Translations under genes and position numbers: made by a program
Shown: one piece after another, positions 34,533 through 46,540 of the stretch
Position numbering within the stretch: the first letter of the stretch is position 1
Layout: each line of letters begins with the position of its first letter
The notes under the pieces: generated by a model
What the model was told of the DNA's origin: nothing
What the model saw: the letters and a program-made list of their open reading frames with translations, nothing else
Databases searched by the model: none
Source: an uncultured Pseudomonadota bacterium
GTDB taxonomy: Bacteria > Pseudomonadota > Gammaproteobacteria > Methylococcales > Methylomonadaceae
Length of the DNA: 56,967 nucleotides
Direction: 5' to 3'
NCBI GenBank assembly: GCA_963741375.1
Contig: CAVUMJ010000399.1
Coordinates: 1-56,967, forward strand

Positions 34533-35251
34533 TGGCAATTGTTTCAAACACTGTAATTTACATGGATGAAGAGGCAACCCTGGAGGGATTTTTTGCTTAT
34601 GATGACAGTATTGCCGGGCAGCGCCCGGTAGTGTTAATTCATCATGCCTGGGCAGGGCGCGATGATTTTGTTGCCGATAAAGCAAAAAAAATCGCTGAAT
34701 TAGGTTATCTTGGATTTGCTACAGATATGTATGGTAAAGGCATAATGGGGCATTCTCCGGAAGAAAATGCTAAATTAATGCAGCCATTTCTGGCAGACAG
34801 GTTTAAGCTGCAAAAGCGTTTACATGCGGCTTTAGCCGCTGTCAAGCTATTGCCTTGGGCAGATAATCAGCGTATTGCGGCAATGGGTTTCTGCTTTGGC
34901 GGTCTTTGTGCTTTGGATTTTGCTCGTACTGGCGCTGATCTTCGTGGCGTCATAGCGTTTCATGGCCTGCTGGGAGCGCCGGATAACATAGCTAATCCGC
35001 AACTCAAAGCTAAAGTTCTGGTTTTGCATGGTCACGATGACCCTATGGTGAAACCGGATCAAGTGCTGAAGTTTCAGACTGAAATGACCAAAGCCGGAGC
35101 TGATTGGCAGATGCACGTATATGGCAATACAGTACACGCCTTTACCAATCCATTAGCTAATGATAGTGGCTTTGGCACAGTTTATCAGGCAGATGCGGAT
35201 CGCCGTTCCTGGCAAGCCATGCAAAATTTTTTGGCGGAGATTTTTGATTAA
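34532..35251 (+). CDS. Dienelactone hydrolase family protein
   Basis: GFCFGG, HGHDDP, VHAFTNP motifs. Confidence 0.93.
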   Translation: MAIVSNTVIYMDEEATLEGFFAYDDSIAGQRPVVLIHHAWAGRDDFVADKAKKIAELGYLGFATDMYGKGIMGHSPEENAKLMQPFLADRFKLQKRLHAALAAVKLLPWADNQRIAAMGFCFGGLCALDFARTGADLRGVIAFHGLLGAPDNIANPQLKAKVLVLHGHDDPMVKPDQVLKFQTEMTKAGADWQMHVYGNTVHAFTNPLANDSGFGTVYQADADRRSWQAMQNFLAEIFD

Positions 35252-35439
35252 AGTGCATCCTGTTAATGCTTCTTGCATGACTAAAACTTTCCAAAAGTTA
35301 GACGTGGTGGAACTAACCCCCTGCCGTTTGCTACAATAGCAATCTTTTCCTCATTCCTTGCGCCTTTTATATTCTAAAGGGCTTTCCAGGTAATGAGGAA
35401 CCCTGTCGATTCTTCGACGGCAATGGAAAAAACGGACAC

Positions 35440-38040
35440 ATGTCAGACTTCGCAAAAGAAATTATTCCGGTCAATCTCGAAGACGAGATGAAGCAATCTT
35501 ACCTGGATTACGCAATGAGCGTAATTGTTGGCAGGGCTTTGCCTGATGTCAGAGATGGCCTGAAACCGGTACATCGTCGAGTACTTTACGCCATGAGCGA
35601 ATTGGGTAACGACTGGAATAAACCCTATAAAAAATCGGCGCGTGTGGTTGGTGATGTTATTGGTAAATATCACCCGCATGGCGATACGGCGGTATATGAC
35701 ACTATTGTTAGAATGGCCCAGCCATTTTCCTTACGTTACATGCTTATTGACGGTCAAGGTAATTTTGGGTCGGTAGACGGAGATTCGCCGGCGGCGATGC
35801 GTTATACCGAAGTCAGGATGGCTAAGATCGCTCATGAGTTGCTGGCAGATCTGGACAAGGAGACGGTTGATTTTATTGCCAACTACGATGAGTCGGAATC
35901 AGAACCGACTGTCATGCCTACCAAGATTCCAACATTGTTAATCAATGGTTCATCCGGAATTGCTGTAGGTATGGCAACCAATATCCCGCCACACAATCTG
36001 GGTGAAATCATTAGCGCTTGTCTGGCATTAATTGAGAATCCTGATTTAAATGTCCGCGAATTAATGGAAATTGTTCCGGGTCCTGACTTTCCTACCGCTG
36101 GAATTATCAATGGAGCTTCCGGTATTTCTGAGGCCTATGCTACTGGTAGGGGCCGTATTCATTTGCGAGCCCGTTGTCATTTTGAAGATATTGGTGACAG
36201 CGGCAGACAGGCTATTATTACCACAGAACTGCCGTATCAGGTTAATAAGGCTCGTTTACTGGAAAAAATTGCCGAACTGGTCAAAGAAGGAAAATTGGAT
36301 GGCATCTCAGGATTACGGGATGAGTCTGATAAAGATGGGATGCGCATGGTCGTAGAATTGCGCCGGGGTGAGGTTCCCGAAGTGGTTTTGAATAACCTTT
36401 ATAAACAAACTCAATTACAGACTGTTTTTGGCGTCAATATGGTGGCTTTATATGATGGCCGGCCGCATTGTATGAGTTTGAAGGAAATTCTGGCTGCATT
36501 TGTTGATCACCGCCGTGAAATAGTTACCCGCAGAACCATTTTTAACTTGCGGAAAGCTCGTGAGCGAGCCCATATCCTGGAAGGTTTAGCAGTCGCCTTA
36601 GCCAATATCGACGAGATGATAGAGCTGATCAAAACCTCGCCGAATCCGCAAGAAGCTAAAATTGGCCTGTTGGAGAAAACTTGGCAAGCCGGTCTGGTAG
36701 CCGGCTTGTTGGATAGGGCGGATGCTGCTCGTTCCAGACCGGAAAATTTAGCTGATGAATTTGGTTTGTCAGGCGGGGTGTACCGGCTTTCCGAAGCGCA
36801 GGCTCAAGCCATTCTGGATTTGCGTTTGCATAGACTGACGGGACTGGAACAGGAAAAAATCTTTAATGAATATAAACAGCTATTGGAACTGATAGACGGA
36901 TACCTGCATATATTAGGTAGTGATGAACGGCTAATGGAAGTCATCAGAGAAGAACTCGAAGCAATTAAATCCGAATATGCCGACAATAGAAGAACTGAAA
37001 TAGTTCAGGATTATTCTGATCTTTCCCAGGAAGATTTGATTACAGTGGAGGATATGGTGGTCACTATGTCCCACGAAGGTTATGTCAAAACTCAGCCGTT
37101 AAGCGATTACAAAGCCCAGCGTCGAGGCGGGCGCGGTAAATCCGCGACGGCAACCAAAGAAAATGATTTTGTAGAGAAATTGGTTATTGCTAATACGCAT
37201 GACACCATTTTATGCTTTTCTTCACGAGGTAAAGTCTACTCCTTGAGGGTCTTTAATCTGCCTGTTGCCAGCCGCAGTTCAAGAGGTAAGCCTTTTATTA
37301 ATTTGTTACCCTTGGAAACCGGCGAGAAAATTAACGCCATGTTGCCGGTCAGAGAATTTAGCGAAGATAAATACATCTTTATGGCAACCTCATCAGGTAC
37401 GGTTAAGAAAACTCCTTTAAGTGAGTTCGAACGTCAGCGCACTAACGGCAAAATCGCCATAGATTTAAATGAAGATGACGCTTTGGTTGGTGTGGCTATT
37501 ACTGATGGTCAGCAAAATGTCTTACTGTTTAGCAGCGATGGCAAGGCGGTGTGTTTTAATGAAACAGATGTGCGGTCTATGGGTAGAACTGCGACAGGAG
37601 TGCGTGGCATACGCTTGCAGGATGGCCAAAAAGTCATTTCTTTAATTATTGCCAGCGAAGGCGCAGTTCTAAATATCACTGAAAATGGCTACGGTAAACG
37701 TACCAAACTGGAAGAATTTACCCAGCATAGACGCGGTGGGCAAGGTCTGATAGCCATACAAACTTCCGAACGCAATGGTGCGGTTGTTGGAGCGGTGTTG
37801 GTGAATGAAAATGATGAAATAATGCTCATTACTAATGGTGGAACGCTGGTCAGAACGCGCGTTAAGGAAATTTCTTTAGTAGGCAGGAATACCCAAGGGG
37901 TAACGGTGATTCGTCTCGACAAGGGAGAAAAGGTTGTCGGCGTTGATAGAATAGACGGGCTAGGCGATGAAGATGGCGATATCGATTATATTGACGAAGA
38001 CGTAGAAGGTACTGACCCGGTGACGGGAGAGGAAGAATAA
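35440..38040 (+). CDS. gyrA: DNA gyrase subunit A
   Basis: [31 protein letters not shown], GyrA-box QRRGGRG. Confidence 0.99.
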   Translation: MSDFAKEIIPVNLEDEMKQSYLDYAMSVIVGRALPDVRDGLKPVHRRVLYAMSELGNDWNKPYKKSARVVGDVIGKYHPHGDTAVYDTIVRMAQPFSLRYMLIDGQGNFGSVDGDSPAAMRYTEVRMAKIAHELLADLDKETVDFIANYDESESEPTVMPTKIPTLLINGSSGIAVGMATNIPPHNLGEIISACLALIENPDLNVRELMEIVPGPDFPTAGIINGASGISEAYATGRGRIHLRARCHFEDIGDSGRQAIITTELPYQVNKARLLEKIAELVKEGKLDGISGLRDESDKDGMRMVVELRRGEVPEVVLNNLYKQTQLQTVFGVNMVALYDGRPHCMSLKEILAAFVDHRREIVTRRTIFNLRKARERAHILEGLAVALANIDEMIELIKTSPNPQEAKIGLLEKTWQAGLVAGLLDRADAARSRPENLADEFGLSGGVYRLSEAQAQAILDLRLHRLTGLEQEKIFNEYKQLLELIDGYLHILGSDERLMEVIREELEAIKSEYADNRRTEIVQDYSDLSQEDLITVEDMVVTMSHEGYVKTQPLSDYKAQRRGGRGKSATATKENDFVEKLVIANTHDTILCFSSRGKVYSLRVFNLPVASRSSRGKPFINLLPLETGEKINAMLPVREFSEDKYIFMATSSGTVKKTPLSEFERQRTNGKIAIDLNEDDALVGVAITDGQQNVLLFSSDGKAVCFNETDVRSMGRTATGVRGIRLQDGQKVISLIIASEGAVLNITENGYGKRTKLEEFTQHRRGGQGLIAIQTSERNGAVVGAVLVNENDEIMLITNGGTLVRTRVKEISLVGRNTQGVTVIRLDKGEKVVGVDRIDGLGDEDGDIDYIDEDVEGTDPVTGEEE

Positions 38041-38042
38041 TA

Positions 38043-39128
38043 ATGAGCAGAATTTTTAATTTCAGCGCCGGTCCTTCGATGTTGCCTGAAGAGGTATTGA
38101 GGATAGCTCAACAGGAAATGCTGGATTGGCAAGGCAGCGGTATGTCGGTAATGGAAATGAGCCATCGCGGCAAACATTTCATGTCGATTGCAGAAACGAT
38201 GAAACAGGATTTAATCGAATTGCTGAATATTCCGGTTAATTATCAGGTGTTGTTTTTACAAGGTGGGGCTAGCGCCCAATTTGCTTTGATTCCGCAAAAT
38301 TTGCTTAACGGCAAGCAAAAAGCTTGTTATGTCAATACCGGCGCGTGGTCTACCGGGGCAATCAAGGAAGCAGGAAAATATTGCGAAGTCCTGATTGCAG
38401 CAAGCGCTGAGGATAAATCTTTTACAACTATACCTGATCTTCAAGAATGGCGTATTGAACCTGAAGCGGCCTATTTACATTACACTTCTAACGAGACTAT
38501 TCATGGCGTAGAGTTTTCCGGGGCCCCGGAGGTGGATTTATTAGGCGTGCCATTGGTTTGCGATATGTCCTCCAATATTTTGTCGCGTGCAATTGATGTC
38601 AGCCGTTATGGTCTGATTTATGCCGGCACGCAAAAAAACATGGGGCCTTCCGGTGTCACAGTTGTGATTATTCGGCAGGATTTACTGGGCTTGGCGCAAA
38701 AAACAGTACCGGCGGTTTTTAATTACGAATTACAGGCCAAAAGCGATTCCATGTTAAACACACCGGCTACTTATAACTGGTATCTGTTGGGTCTGGTTTT
38801 AAAATGGTTAAAACAACTGGGCGGTGTGGCTGCGATAGAGCAGCGCAACATTGACAAGGCCGCCAAGCTTTATCAGGCTATAGATTCTTCCGGTTTGTAT
38901 CATAATCCGGTCGAAATTCCTTATCGTTCGCGGATGAATATCCCTTTTGTGTTAGCCGATGCTACATTGGATAAGGAGTTTCTGTCCTTGGCTGAACAAC
39001 GAGGTTTAGGCTCATTGCAAGGGCATCGTTCGGTTGGCGGAATGAGAGCCAGCATTTACAATGCCATGCCGGAGGCAGGCGTAGACGCATTGATTGCGTT
39101 TATGTCCGAGTTTGAAAAAAGCCATTAA
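38043..39128 (+). CDS. serC: Phosphoserine aminotransferase
   Basis: FNFSAGP, EMSHR, QKNMGP, GHRSVGGMRASIYNA motifs. Confidence 0.98.
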   Translation: MSRIFNFSAGPSMLPEEVLRIAQQEMLDWQGSGMSVMEMSHRGKHFMSIAETMKQDLIELLNIPVNYQVLFLQGGASAQFALIPQNLLNGKQKACYVNTGAWSTGAIKEAGKYCEVLIAASAEDKSFTTIPDLQEWRIEPEAAYLHYTSNETIHGVEFSGAPEVDLLGVPLVCDMSSNILSRAIDVSRYGLIYAGTQKNMGPSGVTVVIIRQDLLGLAQKTVPAVFNYELQAKSDSMLNTPATYNWYLLGLVLKWLKQLGGVAAIEQRNIDKAAKLYQAIDSSGLYHNPVEIPYRSRMNIPFVLADATLDKEFLSLAEQRGLGSLQGHRSVGGMRASIYNAMPEAGVDALIAFMSEFEKSH

Positions 39129-39145
39129 GCGATAACCCCTATTTT

Positions 39146-40231
39146 ATGACTGGCATTATTTCTCTGGCAGATTTACGAGCTCAAATAGATCAGATAGACA
39201 GTAAGATTCTGGAACTGATTAATCAGCGTGCTCAGTGTGCAGTTGAGGTCGCCAAAACTAAGCAGGCAGCTGGCGAAACCGGTAGTTTTTATCGCCCGGA
39301 TAGAGAGGCTCTGGTATTGCGGCGTATTAAGGAATTGAATTCCGGGCCTTTGTCAGCAGAAACGACAGCTGTGCTTTTTAGAGAAATAATGTCTGCCTGT
39401 CTGGCTTTGGAAAAACCTTTGGATGTGGGATTTCTAGGGCCGGAAGGAACTTTTACTCAACAAGCGATGCTAAAGCATTTTGGTCATGCTGTTAAAGGCA
39501 TACCTTTTAACACGCTACACGATATTTTTCATGCCGTAGAAAATGATCATTGCCAATTTGGCGTGCTGCCAGTGGAAAACTCTACAGAAGGGGTGATTGC
39601 TCATACTTTAGATCGTTTTATGGATTCGCCATTATTGATTTGTGGGGAAGTTGAGATCAAGGTGCATCAAAATCTGTTGGGTAAAATGGATAGTTTGGAC
39701 AAAATTCGTGAAGTCTTTGCACATCAACAATCGCTGGCCCAATGCCGAATTTGGTTGAAAAATAATCTACCCGGGATAAATGCCGTCGCCGTTAATAGCA
39801 ATGCTGAAGCAGCACGGCTGGCGGCAATAGATCCTGCGAAGGCTGCAATCGCCAGTGTCCTGGCTGCGGAATTATATGATTTGAATATTCTCGAAAAAAA
39901 TATTGAAGATGAATCTAATAATACCACTAGATTTATTGTGGTTGGTAGGCAGCTTTCCGTGCCCACTGGCGCCGACAAAACTACGATTTTGGTTTCAACT
40001 GGCAATCAGGCCGGAGCATTGCACAAAATTCTGGCGCCGTTTGCTGAATTTGGCATTAGCATGGCGCACATAGAATCGCGTCCTTCACGGCAAGGTTTAT
40101 GGGAATATGTGTTTTTTATAGACATAGACGGACATCAAAATGATGACATTGTTGCTCAGGCTTTAGCCAAGCTGCAAAACAATGTCAAAATGCTAAAAAT
40201 TCTGGGATCTTATCCTAAAGCGGTTATTTAA
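39146..40231 (+). CDS. pheA: Chorismate mutase / prephenate dehydratase
   Basis: LRAQIDQID, LGPEGTF, PVENSTEG, NTTRF, IESRPS motifs. Confidence 0.97.
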   Translation: MTGIISLADLRAQIDQIDSKILELINQRAQCAVEVAKTKQAAGETGSFYRPDREALVLRRIKELNSGPLSAETTAVLFREIMSACLALEKPLDVGFLGPEGTFTQQAMLKHFGHAVKGIPFNTLHDIFHAVENDHCQFGVLPVENSTEGVIAHTLDRFMDSPLLICGEVEIKVHQNLLGKMDSLDKIREVFAHQQSLAQCRIWLKNNLPGINAVAVNSNAEAARLAAIDPAKAAIASVLAAELYDLNILEKNIEDESNNTTRFIVVGRQLSVPTGADKTTILVSTGNQAGALHKILAPFAEFGISMAHIESRPSRQGLWEYVFFIDIDGHQNDDIVAQALAKLQNNVKMLKILGSYPKAVI

Positions 40232-40240
40232 ATTTCATTC

Positions 40241-41344
40241 ATGAACAAATTTTTGGATATTGCTCTTGCCGGCATTCAACATCTTTCACCCTATGTTCCT
40301 GGTAAGCCGGTAGAGGAGTTACAGCGTGAATTGGGTTTGTCAGAAATTGTTAAGCTCGCCTCAAATGAAAACCCTTCTGCACCAAGTGACAAGGTTCGGA
40401 CAGCCATACAGGAATTTCTGTCTGAATTAACGCGATATCCCGATGGCAGTGGCTTTCAATTAAAGTCCGCATTGGCGCGAAGATTGGCTGTAAGCCCCGA
40501 GCAAATCACTTTAGGCAATGGCTCCAGTGAAATATTGGAACTGGTTGTCAGAACTTTTGTCAGTTCCGATCTTGAAGTGGTATTTTCTCAGCATGCTTTT
40601 GCACTATATCCGATTTTGACTCAGGCTGTGGGAGCAACAGCTAAAGTTGTTCCTGCAAAAAATTACGGCCATGATTTGGCTGCAATGCGAGATCAGATTT
40701 CTAATAAAACCCGCTTGGTTTTCATAGCTAATCCAAATAACCCGACCGGAACAATTTTAGCTAATGAAGAAATTGAACAGTTCTTGGCTTCCTTGCCGCC
40801 TCAGGTTTTATGCATTATTGATGAGGCCTATTTCGAATTTGTGCCTGAGAAAAGTCAAATCAATAGTCTGGATTGGCCTAGCCGTTTTCCCAATGCCATT
40901 ATTGCCAGAACATTTTCAAAAGCCTATGGACTGGCAGGTTTGCGGATAGGCTATGCAATTTCATCTGTTGATGTGGCGGATTTGTTAAACAGAATTAGAC
41001 CGCCATTCAATAACAATGCCTTGGCTTTGGTTGCAGCTCAAGCGGCTTTGGAAGATTTAGAAACTTTACAGTTTTCAATTAAACAAAATCAGCAAGGTAT
41101 GTTGCAACTGACAAATGCTTTTCAACAGTTGGGTTTGGAATGGATTCCTTCGTCAGGTAATTTCATTTCTGTAGATATGAAATTACCTGCCATGCCGGTT
41201 TATGAGGCTTTATTACGTCAGGGTGTCATAGTACGTCCGGTAGCTAATTATGAAATGCCGACGCACCTGCGTATTAGCATTGGCAGCAGTGCTGAAAATC
41301 AGAAGTTTATTGACTCATTGGCTCGGGTGCTGCAAGATGTTTAA
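40241..41344 (+). CDS. hisC: Histidinol-phosphate aminotransferase
   Basis: KLASNENP, NPNNPTG, DEAY, RTFSKAYGLAGLRIG motifs. Confidence 0.97.
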   Translation: MNKFLDIALAGIQHLSPYVPGKPVEELQRELGLSEIVKLASNENPSAPSDKVRTAIQEFLSELTRYPDGSGFQLKSALARRLAVSPEQITLGNGSSEILELVVRTFVSSDLEVVFSQHAFALYPILTQAVGATAKVVPAKNYGHDLAAMRDQISNKTRLVFIANPNNPTGTILANEEIEQFLASLPPQVLCIIDEAYFEFVPEKSQINSLDWPSRFPNAIIARTFSKAYGLAGLRIGYAISSVDVADLLNRIRPPFNNNALALVAAQAALEDLETLQFSIKQNQQGMLQLTNAFQQLGLEWIPSSGNFISVDMKLPAMPVYEALLRQGVIVRPVANYEMPTHLRISIGSSAENQKFIDSLARVLQDV

Positions 41345-42212
41345 TCGCTTGTGCATCATAGGCTTAGGTTTGATAGGCGGTTCAATCGCCAGGGCTGCCC
41401 GTAATAAGGGGCTTTGCAGGGAAATTGTGGCTTTAGGTCAGGATATTCATTTAGCCGATCTTAAAGTCGCTCATGAATTAGGTGTGATAGATCAATTCTA
41501 TACCGATGCATTTTCAGCGTTAAACCATGCCGATTGCGTTATTATAGCTACTCCTGTTGGTGCGGTTAAAGCTGTTTTTGAGCAAATTGCCCCCTATTGG
41601 CAAGCTGATGTAGTTTATAGCGATGCCTGTAGCACCAAAGCTAGTGTGGTTGCGGCGGCTGTTGATGTTTTTGGCAAATTGCCGGCTAATTTTGTGCCGG
41701 CGCATCCTATAGCAGGTGCGGAAAGAAGTGGAGTAGAGGCATCAACGAATGATTTATTCAATCACAAACGCCTGATCATTACACCGTTAGCGGAAACCGA
41801 CGATCATGCCTTGCAAAGCATGATAGCTTTTTGGGAACAAATTGGCGGCAAAGTTTCCATTATGTCTGTTGATCGTCATGACGCGATATTAGCTGCTACC
41901 AGTCATTTACCGCATATACTGGCTTTTGCGCTGGTCAATTTGCTTGGCCACAAGGATGAACAGATCGAAATTTTCAAATACGCAGCGGGTGGTTTTAAGG
42001 ATTTCAGCCGAATTGCCTCCAGCGATCCAACCATGTGGTTAGATATCAGCTTGGCTAATAAGCAGGAAATTATTCCTTTGATCCAACAACTTCAAATGGA
42101 ATTAAACAATATAAAACAACTGCTGGAAAACAATCAAAGCCAGCAGCTTTTTGAAACCTTTGCGTATGCCGGAAGTGCCAGGCAGCGCTTTATCGTCCAA
42201 CTAGAAGACTAA
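41337..42212 (+). CDS. tyrA: Prephenate/arogenate dehydrogenase
   Basis: IGLGLIGGS, HPIAGAE, TSHLPH, GGFKDFSRIASSDP motifs; start placed at ATG 41337 (MFNRL). Confidence 0.95.
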   Translation: MFNRLCIIGLGLIGGSIARAARNKGLCREIVALGQDIHLADLKVAHELGVIDQFYTDAFSALNHADCVIIATPVGAVKAVFEQIAPYWQADVVYSDACSTKASVVAAAVDVFGKLPANFVPAHPIAGAERSGVEASTNDLFNHKRLIITPLAETDDHALQSMIAFWEQIGGKVSIMSVDRHDAILAATSHLPHILAFALVNLLGHKDEQIEIFKYAAGGFKDFSRIASSDPTMWLDISLANKQEIIPLIQQLQMELNNIKQLLENNQSQQLFETFAYAGSARQRFIVQLED

Positions 42213-42227
42213 AATAAGCAGATTCTC

Positions 42228-43538
42228 ATGTCACAAACCATCACTTTTAAAGTATTGCCGGGCGGAAGTTTACGCGGTGAAATTCGTGTTCCCGGCGACA
42301 AGTCCATGTCCCATCGCTCCATCATGCTTGGTTCTTTGGCGGAAGGCGTTACCCATGTTAAAGGCTTTCTTAATGCCGAAGACGCCATGTCAACCCTGGA
42401 AGCATTCAGGGCTATGGGTGTTAAAATTGAAGGTCCGAATCATGGTGAAGTTGTGATACATGGTGTCGGCAAACATGGGTTGCAAGCCCCCGCCGCCCCC
42501 TTGTATCTTGGCAATTCCGGAACCTCAATGCGATTGTTGAGCGGTCTTCTGGCTGGACAGCCCTTTGATAGCATTCTGACTGGCGACAAATCTTTAGAGT
42601 CCAGACCCATGCGCAGAGTTACTGAGCCTTTGGCGACGATGGGCGCAGAAATTGTCACTCAGGAAAATGGAACAGCGCCTTTACATATCAAAGGAAAGTC
42701 CGATTTAAAAGGTATTAATTATGTTATGCCCATTGCCAGTGCCCAGGTTAAATCCTGTTTGCTATTGGCGGGTATGTATGCTTCAGGTGAAACCAGCGTA
42801 ACGGAACCGGCTCCTACCCGTGATCACACTGAACGGATGTTGAGTGGTTTTGGTTATCCGCTCAAACGCGAAGGCTGTACGGCTACTATTACTAATGAAG
42901 GCAAACTGACTGCAACTCAAATTGATGTGCCCAGCGATATTTCTTCTGCGGCATTTTTTCTGGTGGGAGCCAGCATTGCCCCGGATTCAGATGTCACTTT
43001 AAAACATGTTGGCATTAATCCGACCCGTACAGGTGTGATTGATATATTACGATTAATGGGCGCTAATATTGAAGTGTTCAATGAAAGTTTTGTTGGCGGG
43101 GAGCCTGTTGCCGACATCAGAGTGCGTTCCAGCAAGTTGAAAGGCATAAACATTCCGGAGCATTTGGTGCCGTTAGCTATTGATGAGTTCCCGGTGCTTT
43201 TTGTCGCTGCGGCTTGTGCGGAAGGTCAGACTACATTGACTGGCGCAAAAGAACTACGCGTTAAGGAATCAGACAGGATTCAGGTCATGGCGGACGGTCT
43301 GAAAATTTTAGGTGTTGACGCCCAGCCTACAGAAGATGGCATGGTCATTCAAGCCGGTCCAATCGGCGGCGGTGAAGTTGAATCTCATGGTGATCATCGT
43401 ATCGCCATGTCTTTTTCTATTGCCGGTTTGCGGGCAAATTCCACGATTACCATCAAAGATTGTGCAAATGTGAATACTTCCTTTCCGGAATTTCGACAAT
43501 TGGCGACGCAACTAGGCCTGAGTTTAAGCTGTATTTAG
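42228..43538 (+). CDS. aroA: EPSP synthase
   Basis: PGDKSMSHR, LGNSGT, ASAQVKS, RDHTE, VKESDRI, DHRIAM motifs. Confidence 0.98.
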   Translation: MSQTITFKVLPGGSLRGEIRVPGDKSMSHRSIMLGSLAEGVTHVKGFLNAEDAMSTLEAFRAMGVKIEGPNHGEVVIHGVGKHGLQAPAAPLYLGNSGTSMRLLSGLLAGQPFDSILTGDKSLESRPMRRVTEPLATMGAEIVTQENGTAPLHIKGKSDLKGINYVMPIASAQVKSCLLLAGMYASGETSVTEPAPTRDHTERMLSGFGYPLKREGCTATITNEGKLTATQIDVPSDISSAAFFLVGASIAPDSDVTLKHVGINPTRTGVIDILRLMGANIEVFNESFVGGEPVADIRVRSSKLKGINIPEHLVPLAIDEFPVLFVAAACAEGQTTLTGAKELRVKESDRIQVMADGLKILGVDAQPTEDGMVIQAGPIGGGEVESHGDHRIAMSFSIAGLRANSTITIKDCANVNTSFPEFRQLATQLGLSLSCI

Positions 43539-43539
43539 T

Positions 43540-44202
43540 ATGTCGGCGCCAGTATTAACAATTGATGGCCCAAGTGGCGCAGGTAAGGGCACAGTTAGTA
43601 GAGCGGTTGCTAAGCTGTTGAATTGGCATTATCTGGATAGTGGTTCGATCTATCGGTCCTTGGCTATTGCTGTCTTACAAGATAAGATTGAATTGCAAAA
43701 TATCCCGGAAATTTGTCGAATTGCTAGAAATATGCAGTTGGAATTCGAGTGCGGGGAAAACTTTATTGTTAAATTAAACGGGCAGGATATCAGCTCGCAA
43801 TTAGGTACGGAAACGATTGGAAATACAGCTTCCATCATTGCCGCATTTCCTGAAATTAGACAGGTGCTGCTGCAAAAACAAAAGGATTTTCAACAACTTC
43901 CAGGCTTGGTGGCCGATGGTAGAGATATGGGTACTGTAGTGTTTCCGGACGCTCAATTTAAGGTATTTTTGACGGCGAGTAGCGAAGAAAGAGCATTAAG
44001 ACGATATAAGCAGTTGATTGAAAAGGGTATTGATGCTAATCTTATACAAATTACCAAGGAAATTGAAGAACGCGATTTACGCGATGCTTCCCGTGCCGCA
44101 GCTCCATTGACTGCGCCGCGGGGTTGTTTTTTTTTAGATTCCTCCCATCTCAGTATTTTAGAGGTGATAGACAAGGTAATGAATATAGTCCGAGCCGCGT
44201 AA
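43540..44202 (+). CDS. cmk: Cytidylate kinase
   Basis: IDGPSGAGKGT and ADGRDMGTVVFP motifs. Confidence 0.98.
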   Translation: MSAPVLTIDGPSGAGKGTVSRAVAKLLNWHYLDSGSIYRSLAIAVLQDKIELQNIPEICRIARNMQLEFECGENFIVKLNGQDISSQLGTETIGNTASIIAAFPEIRQVLLQKQKDFQQLPGLVADGRDMGTVVFPDAQFKVFLTASSEERALRRYKQLIEKGIDANLIQITKEIEERDLRDASRAAAPLTAPRGCFFLDSSHLSILEVIDKVMNIVRAA

Positions 44203-44307
44203 TTTATGCCTATGGGCTGATTTGGTGGTCATCTGAAATGGGTGGCTTAATTTTAACTTTAATTTAAGAAAAAACTTGTTGTTTTTGACAAGTTTGGGAA
44301 ACAGAAA

Positions 44308-45969
44308 ATGGGCGAAAGCTTTGCACAGTTGTTAGAAGAAAGTTTTGCCAAGACGGAAATGCGTCCTGGCGCCATGCTGATCGGTACTGTAATTGATATC
44401 GAGAACGAATTTGTAATCGTCAGCACTCAAGCCAAATCAGAAGGTGTAATACCGAAATGGCAATTTTTGAATGCGGATGGCGATCTTGAAGTCAATGTCG
44501 GCGATGAAATTGAGGTAGCACTCGATTTATTTGAGGATGGCTTGGGCGCTACTCTTCTTTCCCGTGACAAAGCCAAGAAAAGTAAAGCCTGGAGTGAGCT
44601 TGAAAAAGCTTTCGAAACACAGGAAACCGTTATTGGTCGCATTAACGGCAAAGTGCGCGGTGGTTTTACCGTAGCGGTTGGGGCCTTACGTGCTTTCCTG
44701 CCCGGTTCTCTGGTTGATGTTCGTCCAATTCGCGATACCGCCTTTTTGGAAAATCGTGATCTTGAATTTAAAGTGATCAAAATTGATCAAAAACGTAATA
44801 ACGTGGTGTTGTCACGCCGCGCAGTCGTAGAAAGCGAATACAGTGCGGAAAGAGAAGAGTTAGTCAAAACTCTGCAAGATGGCGCAGTTGTCACTGGTGT
44901 TGTTAAAAATCTTACCGATTATGGCGCCTTTATCGATTTGGGCGGTGTAGATGGCTTGCTCCACATCACTGACATGGCATGGCGCCGCGTTCGTCATCCT
45001 TCCGAGTGTGTTGAAATCGGTCAGGAAGTTAAAGTCAAAGTTCTCAAATTCGATAAAGATAAAACTCGCGTATCTTTGGGCATGAAACAGCTGGATGAAG
45101 ATCCATGGCAAAACATTGCCCGCCGCTACCCAGCCGGTAGCCGCGTATTTGGTAAAGTCAACAATCTTACCGATTATGGCTGTTTTGTTGAAATCGAAGA
45201 AGGCGTTGAAGGTTTGGTGCACGTTTCAGAAATGGATTGGACAAATAAAAACGTCAATCCTTCCAAAGTTGTCCAGCTTGGCGATGAAGTGGAAGTCATG
45301 GTTCTGGAAATCGACGAAGAAAGACGCCGTATTTCTCTGGGCATGAAGCAATGCCGTTCCAACCCTTGGGACGAGTTTGCATCATCGCACAATAAAGGCG
45401 ACAAAATCAGCGGTAAAATTAAATCCATTACTGATTTCGGTATCTTTATCGGTCTGGATGGCGGCATAGATGGTTTGGTCCATATGTCGGATATATCCTG
45501 GAATGAAAATGACGAAGAAGCTATCCGTAATTACAAAAAAGGTGATGAAGTAGAAACGGTTATCTTGGCTGTTGATTCTGAGCGTGAACGTATTTCTTTA
45601 GGGATCAAACAGCTGGAACAGGATCCTTTCCAAAACTATATCGCTTTGCATGAAAAGGGTTGTATGGTTAAAGGCGTCATCAGTGAAATTGATGCTAAAG
45701 GCGCCGTTGTTACTTTGGCCGACAATGTTGAAGGCTACTTGCGCGCTTCTGAAATTCAGCGCGACAGAGTTGAAGATGCTCGTACCTTGCTGAAGGTTGG
45801 CGACGAAATAGAAGCCAAGTTTATAGGTGTAGACAAAAAAACCAAGTCCATTTCTTTATCCGTCAAAGCAAAAGATGTTGAAGAAGAAACTAATGCAATT
45901 AAGGATTATTCTCAGCAAAATCCCGGATCTGCGACATTAGGCGATATCTTTAAACAAATGGATAAGTAA
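44308..45969 (+). CDS. rpsA: 30S ribosomal protein S1
   Basis: Repeated S1 domains ([24 protein letters not shown]). Confidence 0.99.
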   Translation: MGESFAQLLEESFAKTEMRPGAMLIGTVIDIENEFVIVSTQAKSEGVIPKWQFLNADGDLEVNVGDEIEVALDLFEDGLGATLLSRDKAKKSKAWSELEKAFETQETVIGRINGKVRGGFTVAVGALRAFLPGSLVDVRPIRDTAFLENRDLEFKVIKIDQKRNNVVLSRRAVVESEYSAEREELVKTLQDGAVVTGVVKNLTDYGAFIDLGGVDGLLHITDMAWRRVRHPSECVEIGQEVKVKVLKFDKDKTRVSLGMKQLDEDPWQNIARRYPAGSRVFGKVNNLTDYGCFVEIEEGVEGLVHVSEMDWTNKNVNPSKVVQLGDEVEVMVLEIDEERRRISLGMKQCRSNPWDEFASSHNKGDKISGKIKSITDFGIFIGLDGGIDGLVHMSDISWNENDEEAIRNYKKGDEVETVILAVDSERERISLGIKQLEQDPFQNYIALHEKGCMVKGVISEIDAKGAVVTLADNVEGYLRASEIQRDRVEDARTLLKVGDEIEAKFIGVDKKTKSISLSVKAKDVEEETNAIKDYSQQNPGSATLGDIFKQMDK

Positions 45970-45985
45970 TAACTGTCTCCTCCAG

Positions 45986-46021
45986 GGGCAATATAGGAGA
46001 GTTTCTTATATTGCCCTTTTT
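45986..46021 (+). terminator. Intrinsic terminator after rpsA
   Basis: gggcaatatagga...tcttatattgccc followed by a T run. Confidence 0.8.
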
Positions 46022-46039
46022 GAATAATCAGGGTTAGAT

Positions 46040-46345
46040 GTGACTAAATCAGAATTGATAGAGGTGTTGGCTAGAAAACAGCCGCATCTTGCACTAAAAG
46101 ATGTTGAATTGGCCGTTCGTTGTGTTGTTGATCATTTAAGTGACACACTGGCAAATGGTGATAGGATAGAAATCCGAGGTTTTGGAAGTTTTTCACTCCA
46201 TCACCGTACTGCTCGTTTAGGTAGAAATCCTAAAACTGGTGAATCGGTATCATTGACAGAAAAACATGTCCCTCATTTCAAACCTGGGAAAGAATTGCGT
46301 GATATGGTGGATGCTTCCAGAGAAAAATATAAGATAGTCGATTGA
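46040..46345 (+). CDS. ihfB: Integration host factor beta
   Basis: [34 protein letters not shown] motifs; follows rpsA. Confidence 0.97.
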   Translation: MTKSELIEVLARKQPHLALKDVELAVRCVVDHLSDTLANGDRIEIRGFGSFSLHHRTARLGRNPKTGESVSLTEKHVPHFKPGKELRDMVDASREKYKIVD

Positions 46346-46540
46346 GCTATTTAGCCAATTATTTGATTTAGACTACTCTTATACATAGGCTGGTGTTTTC
46401 GGAATAACTTTAATGAGTCTGTAGCAGGTTATTTTTCGAGAAAGGTTGGACGCTAGTTAAATGCTCTATTGCTGTCTAGTTGAGCAATTAGGACATGTTG
46501 CCGATAAATTTGCGGACAAACAAAAGGTAAAGCCATATCT

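Noticed and set aside
41250-41336. ORF-track N-terminal extension of tyrA (and likewise 54264-54335 for purA)
   Set aside because: The extensions overlap the upstream genes; the conserved N-termini begin at 41337 and 54263.
35443-45467. Numerous short antisense ORFs over gyrA to rpsA
   Set aside because: These are shadow frames of well-conserved genes with no recognisable motifs.
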